Shown here piece by piece: positions 58,804-64,000 of a DNA stretch of 64,000 nt (the stretch's first letter is position 1; the number at the start of each line of letters is the position of its first letter). The DNA comes from an uncultured Chloroflexia bacterium. Lineage in GTDB: Bacteria > Chloroflexota > Limnocylindria > QHBO01. Location of the stretch: assembly GCA_963825525.1 (NCBI GenBank), contig CAWGTN010000003.1, forward strand, positions 96,001 through 160,000, written 5' to 3'. The position numbers and the translations under genes are program-made. Under the pieces are notes generated by a model. That model searched no databases. It was given only the letters and a program-made list of their open reading frames with translations, and was not told the origin of the DNA.

Positions 58804-59517
58804 ATGGGAGCACGAATTCTGGTCGTGGAGGACGAGCCGCAGCTGCGCGCGCTCCTTCGGCTGTACCTGGAGCGCGAGGGCCACAAGGTCACCGATACCG
58901 GCGACGGTCCATCAGCCCTTGCCGCCTATGACGCCGATGGCGCCGACCTGGTGGTGCTCGACCTCATGCTTCCCGGGATGCAGGGCGAGACGGTCCTCGA
59001 GGCACTGCGCGACGCGGGAACGGTTCCGGTGCTCATCACCTCGGCCAAGCGCAGCGACGCCGAGCGCATCGCCGGGCTGCGGGCCGGTGCCGACGACTAC
59101 CTGGCCAAGCCGTTCAATCCGCACGAGCTCACCGCTCGGGTCGCAGCGATCCTGCGTCGCAGCAGGCCGATGGGTGGGGACGACCCGCCGCCGATCCTGA
59201 GTTTCGATTCCGGCAGGTTGGTCCTCGATCCCGGATCGCGCCGCTACACGCGGGCCGACGGCGAGGCCGGGCGGCTGACGCCGGGCGAGAGCGCGCTGCT
59301 GGTGGCCCTCGCCGCGCGCCCGGGAGCGGTGCTTGCGCGTCAACAGCTGCTCGACGTCGTGGCGCGACGGCCCGACGAGGTCTACGAGCGCGTGGTCGAC
59401 GTCCACGTGGCCAATCTTCGGCGCAAGCTCGGGGACGACCCCGGCGACCCGTGGCTCATCGAGACGGTGACCGCGACCGGCTACCGCCTTGTCGCCGCCC
59501 TGGATCCATCGCCGTGA
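58804..59517 (+). CDS. OmpR-family response regulator
   Basis: VVEDE, LDLMLP, GADDYLAKPF, VDVHVANLRRKL. Confidence 0.95.
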   Translation: MGARILVVEDEPQLRALLRLYLEREGHKVTDTGDGPSALAAYDADGADLVVLDLMLPGMQGETVLEALRDAGTVPVLITSAKRSDAERIAGLRAGADDYLAKPFNPHELTARVAAILRRSRPMGGDDPPPILSFDSGRLVLDPGSRRYTRADGEAGRLTPGESALLVALAARPGAVLARQQLLDVVARRPDEVYERVVDVHVANLRRKLGDDPGDPWLIETVTATGYRLVAALDPSP

Positions 59518-60821
59518 TGCGCGGCTGGCCACTTGCCGTGCGGCTGGCCGTGCTGCTGTCCCTGGTCGTCGTGGTCGTGCTGCTGGCGGTCGGGATCATG
59601 GTCAATCGCGCGGCATCCCGCTCCCTCGACGAGACGCTGGGGCCACGTGACCAGGAACGCCTCAACCTGGCCGCCGCGATCGTGGAGGGAGGCCTTGAGC
59701 GTGGAGCGGACCGACGCGCCATGCAACGCCTCCTGGAGCGCATCGCCATCGAAACGAGGGGGTCGGTTCGGATCGTCGACGCCGAGGGTGCCGTGCTGTT
59801 CGAGGCCGGCCGGATTCCGGCGGACACCGAGAGCGAGACCCTGACGTCCAGCCTCTCCGATGCGGCCGGAGGCGGTGCACTGGAGGTCGAGCTGCCGAGC
59901 GCCGCCGCGCCGATCGTGCGCGCCTTCAACGGCGCGCTGCTCGTGACCGGGGTGATCGGCATCGCGGCGCTGCTCATGGCTGCCACGATCGGCGCGAGCC
60001 GCATGACACGCCCGCTGCGAGACGTTGCCGCGGCGGCCCGCCAGCTCGGTGCCGGCGACCTGAGCGTGCGGGCGCGGGGTGGGGCGGATGCGGAATCGAC
60101 CGAGCTGGCCACCGCATTCAACGGCATGGCCGAGCGCCTCGAGCGTTCGGAGACCCTTCGTCGCCGCGCGGCGAGCGATCTTGCCCACGATCTCGCTACC
60201 CCGGCGACCGTGCTCGAATCGCAGATCCAGGCGATGGTCGACGGCGTGGTGCCGGCCGACGCGACCCAGCTGGATCGTGCTCGGGCGGCGGCGGCCAGCC
60301 TGTCAGGCGTCATCGGCCACCTCGGCGACCTGACCCAGGCGGAGGCCGCGCCGCTCCAGCGCCGCGCCGAGCCGGTTCGACTGGGTGCGCTGTGCGATGA
60401 GGTGGTCGCGGCGCTTCACGGCCTGCTCCTCGAACGCGACGTTCGCGCCGAGGCGTCCGGATCGGACCCGGTGGCAAGCGTCGACCGGGTCCAGGTGGAA
60501 CGTGCGATCCGCAATGTGATCACGAACGCGGTCCAGCACTCGCCGAAGGGCGGGACCATCCGGATCGCGGTGTCGGAGGCGAACGGGCCCGAGGTGCGGA
60601 TCACGGACGAGGGGAGTGGGATCGGAGCGGACGACCGACCATACGTGTTCGAGCGCTTCTACCGAGCCGACAGGTCCCGGGGGCGAATGCCCGGCAGCGG
60701 CATCGGTCTGACCGTGGCGCGCGAAATGGTCGTGGCCAACGGCGGCTCGATCGAGGTCGAGTCGACCGGGACACATGGGACCACCTTCCTGATCCGATTC
60801 CCCGGCGCGCCATCGGCCTGA
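59514..60821 (+). CDS. HAMP sensor histidine kinase (BaeS-like)
   Basis: 2 TM, HAMP, AHDLATP, NAVQH, DEGSG, FERFYR, GSGIGL. Confidence 0.95.
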   Translation: MMRGWPLAVRLAVLLSLVVVVVLLAVGIMVNRAASRSLDETLGPRDQERLNLAAAIVEGGLERGADRRAMQRLLERIAIETRGSVRIVDAEGAVLFEAGRIPADTESETLTSSLSDAAGGGALEVELPSAAAPIVRAFNGALLVTGVIGIAALLMAATIGASRMTRPLRDVAAAARQLGAGDLSVRARGGADAESTELATAFNGMAERLERSETLRRRAASDLAHDLATPATVLESQIQAMVDGVVPADATQLDRARAAAASLSGVIGHLGDLTQAEAAPLQRRAEPVRLGALCDEVVAALHGLLLERDVRAEASGSDPVASVDRVQVERAIRNVITNAVQHSPKGGTIRIAVSEANGPEVRITDEGSGIGADDRPYVFERFYRADRSRGRMPGSGIGLTVAREMVVANGGSIEVESTGTHGTTFLIRFPGAPSA

Positions 60822-60838
60822 GCCGCACAATGGCGCCG

Positions 60839-61259
60839 ATGCCCAGGATCCTCGTGTTGCTCGCACTCGTGCTTGCTGCCTGCGCCGCGCCGACCGGCGA
60901 TGCCGTGGCGGCGTGCGACGAATCGTGGGATGCCGTGGAGCCCTTGATCGTCACACCGACCGACGAGGCTGCGATCAGCGTGCCCATCGACTGCATGGTG
61001 CGAGATCGACGAGTCGCGCATCCGGATCGGCTTTCTGATGCCCCCGGGGCCCAGCTGTCATCGGCTCAGCGGCCTCACCATCACGGAGAGTGCCGATGCC
61101 GTCGAGATCAGCATCGCCGTGTCCGTCGTCAACGACCCGCTGGCCGGCGCCTGCGCGGAGGAATCGACGCGGGCCGTGACCGAGGTGGACCTCCAGGCAC
61201 CCGTGGCCGACCGCGATCTGCTCGACGGAGGGGCTCAGCCGGTACCATCGGGGTCATGA
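60839..61259 (+). CDS. Cys-containing lipoprotein; frameshift near 61000
   Basis: LAAC lipobox ...PIDCM joins EIDESRIRIGFLMPPGPSC...GACAEE...RDLLDG (ORF 61038-61259 frame). Confidence 0.65.
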
Positions 61260-62731
61260 CAACCGTTCCCACCAAGCTGCTGATTGCCGGTGAGCTGCGA
61301 GACGCGCAGGCCGGCGCCACCTTCGACACCTTCGATCCGGCACGCGGAGCCGAGCTCGCCAGCGTTGCCCAGGGTGGCACCGATGATGTCGACGCCGCCG
61401 TCAGTGCGGCCCGCGGTGCCTTCGACGGGGCATGGGCCAAGACCGCGCCCGCCAAGCGCGCACGGATGCTGAACCGGCTGGCGCAGCTCATCGACGAGCA
61501 CACCGACGAGCTTGCCGAGCTCGAGAGCCGTAACTGCGGCAAGGCAAAGTGGCAGTGCGTGGCCGAGATCAAGGTCGCGGTGTCGACGCTCGAGTTCTTC
61601 GCCGGTGCCGCGCACCATCTCTACGGCCGATCGCACGTCGTGAATCCGGCGGTCGTCACCTACACCCTGCGCGAGCCGGTCGGGGTGGTCGGGGCGATCA
61701 TCCCGTGGAACTACCCATTCATGATGGCTGCCTGGAAGGTGGCTCCGGCCCTGGCCACCGGCAACACCATGGTGCTCAAGCCCGCGTCGGCCACCCCGCT
61801 GACGGCCATCCGTCTCGGCGAGCTGGCGCTCGAGGCCGGCATTCCGGCCGGCGTTCTCAACGTCGTCCCGGGCCCTGGGGCCGAGGTGGGGGAGGCGATG
61901 GCCGCGCACCCGGGCATCGACAAGATCGCATTCACCGGCGAGACCGCCACCGGCCGGCGTATCGCCGAGACTGCGGCGAAGACCCTGAAGCGGGTCTCGC
62001 TCGAGCTCGGAGGCAAGAGCCCGAATATCGTGTTCGCCGATGCGGACCTCGACGCCGCCGTCATCGGCTCTCTGTGGGCGATCTACTACTCGGCCGGACA
62101 GTCGTGCGAGGCGCGCTCACGGATCCTGGTCGAGGACGAGGTGTATGACGCGTTTGCATCGGCATTTGCGGAGAAGGCGAAGGCGCTCAAGGTCGGCGAC
62201 CCATTGGCCGATGACACGAAGGTCGGCTCGCTGATCAGCCGTTCCCACGCCGACAAGGTGCGCGGGTTCGTGGAGATGGGCGTCGAGGACGGCGGCGAGC
62301 TGCTGGCCGGTGGCGCCGTCAGCCTGGATGGCGGGCTGGATGCCGATGCCTACGTGGCTCCGACGGTCATCGGCGGCGTGACGAACGACTCGCGGATCGC
62401 CCAGGAAGAGGTGTTCGGGCCGGTCGTGACGCTGACCCGATTCGGCGATGAGGCGGAAGCCGTGAAATTCGCCAATGACGTGCGCTACGGGTTGGCCGCC
62501 ACGGTCTGGACCGGCGACGCGGCGCGCGGCCATCGGGTGGCGCAGCGCATTCGGTCGGGCGCCATCGGCATCAACACGCCATTCGTCGCGTTCCCCGGCG
62601 TGCCGTTCGGCGGCTTCAAGGAGTCCGGATACGGTCGCGAGCAGTCGATCGAGGCGCTCGACCTCTATACCGAGACCAAGGCCGTCCTGCAGGGGACGTC
62701 GCCGAAGACCGTCAACCCGTTCGGGATCTGA
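61256..62731 (+). CDS. Aldehyde dehydrogenase
   Basis: PWNYP, FTGET, LELGGKSP, GQSC, EEVFGPV; TACCAT 7 nt before ATG 61256. Confidence 0.95.
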   Translation: MTTVPTKLLIAGELRDAQAGATFDTFDPARGAELASVAQGGTDDVDAAVSAARGAFDGAWAKTAPAKRARMLNRLAQLIDEHTDELAELESRNCGKAKWQCVAEIKVAVSTLEFFAGAAHHLYGRSHVVNPAVVTYTLREPVGVVGAIIPWNYPFMMAAWKVAPALATGNTMVLKPASATPLTAIRLGELALEAGIPAGVLNVVPGPGAEVGEAMAAHPGIDKIAFTGETATGRRIAETAAKTLKRVSLELGGKSPNIVFADADLDAAVIGSLWAIYYSAGQSCEARSRILVEDEVYDAFASAFAEKAKALKVGDPLADDTKVGSLISRSHADKVRGFVEMGVEDGGELLAGGAVSLDGGLDADAYVAPTVIGGVTNDSRIAQEEVFGPVVTLTRFGDEAEAVKFANDVRYGLAATVWTGDAARGHRVAQRIRSGAIGINTPFVAFPGVPFGGFKESGYGREQSIEALDLYTETKAVLQGTSPKTVNPFGI

Positions 62732-63183
62732 TGCCGATCCTCCACACCCGCAGCTGGGTTCCGGCGCCGATCGACGAGGTGTTCACGTTCTTCGATGACC
62801 CGGCAAACCTCGGCCGTCTCATGCCGCCGCCGGTGCGGATTCGGCTCGTGCGGATCGAGCCCTCGCCGCCTCAGCCGGGGTCGATCTTCGAGTTCCGCTA
62901 CGGGCTCGGTCCGTTCCAGCGAACGTGGATCGTGCGGCTGCTGGATCGGGTGCCGGGCGAGCGATTCGTGGACGAGACCGTCAGCGGCCCCATGGCCCGC
63001 TTCAACCACAGCCACGGCTTCCGCGCGGGTGAGCGCGGCACGTTCATCGAGGATCGGATCGATTTCCATGTCGGTCCGGACGGGGCTGTCGGGGCGGTGG
63101 TCGACGCACTCGCCGGCATCGTGATGCGCATGACCTTCGTCTGGCGCGCGGCTCGCCAGCGCCAGATCCTCCGAGGATCCTAG
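62731..63183 (+). CDS. SRPBCC family protein
   Basis: APIDEVFTFF..P.NL..LMPP, FVDE..SGP...HSH. Confidence 0.88.
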   Translation: MPILHTRSWVPAPIDEVFTFFDDPANLGRLMPPPVRIRLVRIEPSPPQPGSIFEFRYGLGPFQRTWIVRLLDRVPGERFVDETVSGPMARFNHSHGFRAGERGTFIEDRIDFHVGPDGAVGAVVDALAGIVMRMTFVWRAARQRQILRGS

Positions 63184-63581
63184 GCCGGCTCCATCGACCG
63201 GACCTCGCGTCGGACCAGTGCCGTGGCGAAGAGCACGAGTGCCAGGCCTCCATACACCCCGACCAGGTGATAGGCGGTCGCCGTCAGCCCAAGGTAGGTG
63301 TCCTCTGGCAGCGGCGGGGGCCCAATGCAGGCGCACGCCGCCTGGTACCCGATGAGCAGGACCCCGATCCACACTGCGGCCACCGTCCAGGCGCCCGCAA
63401 TGGTGTGGGCCACGAACCGATGCGGTCGGCCGGTCGGGTCGGCGACTGCCCACGCGTGAATCCCACCGGCGAGGGTCAGGGCCACGAAGAATGGAACGAT
63501 GTCTCCGTCGCCGTCCTGGCTGGCCGCCACGGCGGCGACGCCAGCGAGCATCGCGGCCGCAATACTCGGGATGCCGCGCAT
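63180..63581 (-). CDS. Hypothetical 4-TM membrane protein
   Basis: Hydrophobic segments; GGGAGGAG RBS. Confidence 0.65.
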   Translation of the reverse strand: MRGIPSIAAAMLAGVAAVAASQDGDGDIVPFFVALTLAGGIHAWAVADPTGRPHRFVAHTIAGAWTVAAVWIGVLLIGYQAACACIGPPPLPEDTYLGLTATAYHLVGVYGGLALVLFATALVRREVRSMEPA

Positions 63582-63668
63582 CGGTCACTCCTCCCCTGCG
63601 ATGTCCGGATTGTATCGGCCCTCAGCAATGGGTCGGTTGCGTCGGGTGGGGACGCCGCGTACCGTGGG

Positions 63669-64000
63669 ATGACGATGTCCGGTGCCCTCGCTGCATGGTT
63701 CGATCGGTTCCCCGAAGGCTGGTGGGGGTATCACTGGGCGCCACCGCAGCCGATGAGCGCGGTCGAGCTGATCGGGACCCCGACCATCGACTCCCGCCTG
63801 ATGGCGACCCTGTGGGCGGTGATGAGTCGACGCCGGAGCGTGATGCTGAGCTCGGAGGCGCCGCAGGCCGGCAAGACCACCGCGCTCTCCGCGCTCGTTG
63901 ACTTCCTTCCCGACGACACGACCGGCATCTTTGTGCGTGGGTGGGCGGAGGGGTACGACTGGCTCGACGAGATCCCGGAGGGGACGGGCTACCTCCTTAT
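63669..64000 (+). CDS. CpaF/VirB11-like P-loop ATPase, N-terminal part (runs off window)
   Basis: Manual translation PMSAVELIGTPTID...LW...SVMLSSEAPQAGKTTALSALVDFLP. Confidence 0.7.
   Translation, partial: MTMSGALAAWFDRFPEGWWGYHWAPPQPMSAVELIGTPTIDSRLMATLWAVMSRRRSVMLSSEAPQAGKTTALSALVDFLPDDTTGIFVRGWAEGYDWLDEIPEGTGYLL

Noticed and set aside
60830-62731. Apparent lipoprotein-aldehyde dehydrogenase fusion (633-aa ORF)
   Set aside because: A frameshift near 61000 explains it. The lipoprotein continues in another frame to 61259, and the ALDH has its own -10 and ATG at 61256.
1-64000. CRISPR array, tRNA, rRNA, IS elements
   Set aside because: No regularly spaced repeats, cloverleaf or T-loop signature, rRNA-like tract or transposase motif was seen by eye; a tool scan was not possible.

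Overview
High-GC bacterial chromosome segment. Many LxxC lipoproteins, F420-dependent LLM enzymes and frequent leaderless starts tentatively suggest a monoderm such as Chloroflexota or Actinomycetota (inference only). About 70 CDSs, mostly housekeeping, transport and catabolic: typA, msrA, Dpp- and Pot-type ABC components, PFK, trxA, cyclophilin, citrate synthase, add, paaF/G/H/J-like genes, an ECF42-type sigma with its DGPF partner, a two-component system and a RES-Xre toxin-antitoxin pair. No rRNA, tRNA, CRISPR or transposase was seen. The most striking unexplained signal is a pair of diverged copies (4428-4580 and 17239-17361) of a structured, UUCG-hairpin-rich RNA with covarying stems. Each copy sits behind an identically spaced array of DnaA-box-like sites and a sigma70-type promoter, which makes it a candidate undescribed DnaA-linked ncRNA family. 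Also notable: a Crp-linked SipW/TasA-like fibre operon, a probable CTG-initiated RES toxin, de novo operators for two XRE-cupin regulators, an Oah-like crotonase with a zinc ribbon, and several unannotated micro-ORFs. Clustered single-base indels (about 3.4-4.1 kb, 7.1-8.4 kb, 33.4 kb and 61.0 kb) look like assembly errors. All family calls come from motif recognition by eye; no database search was run.
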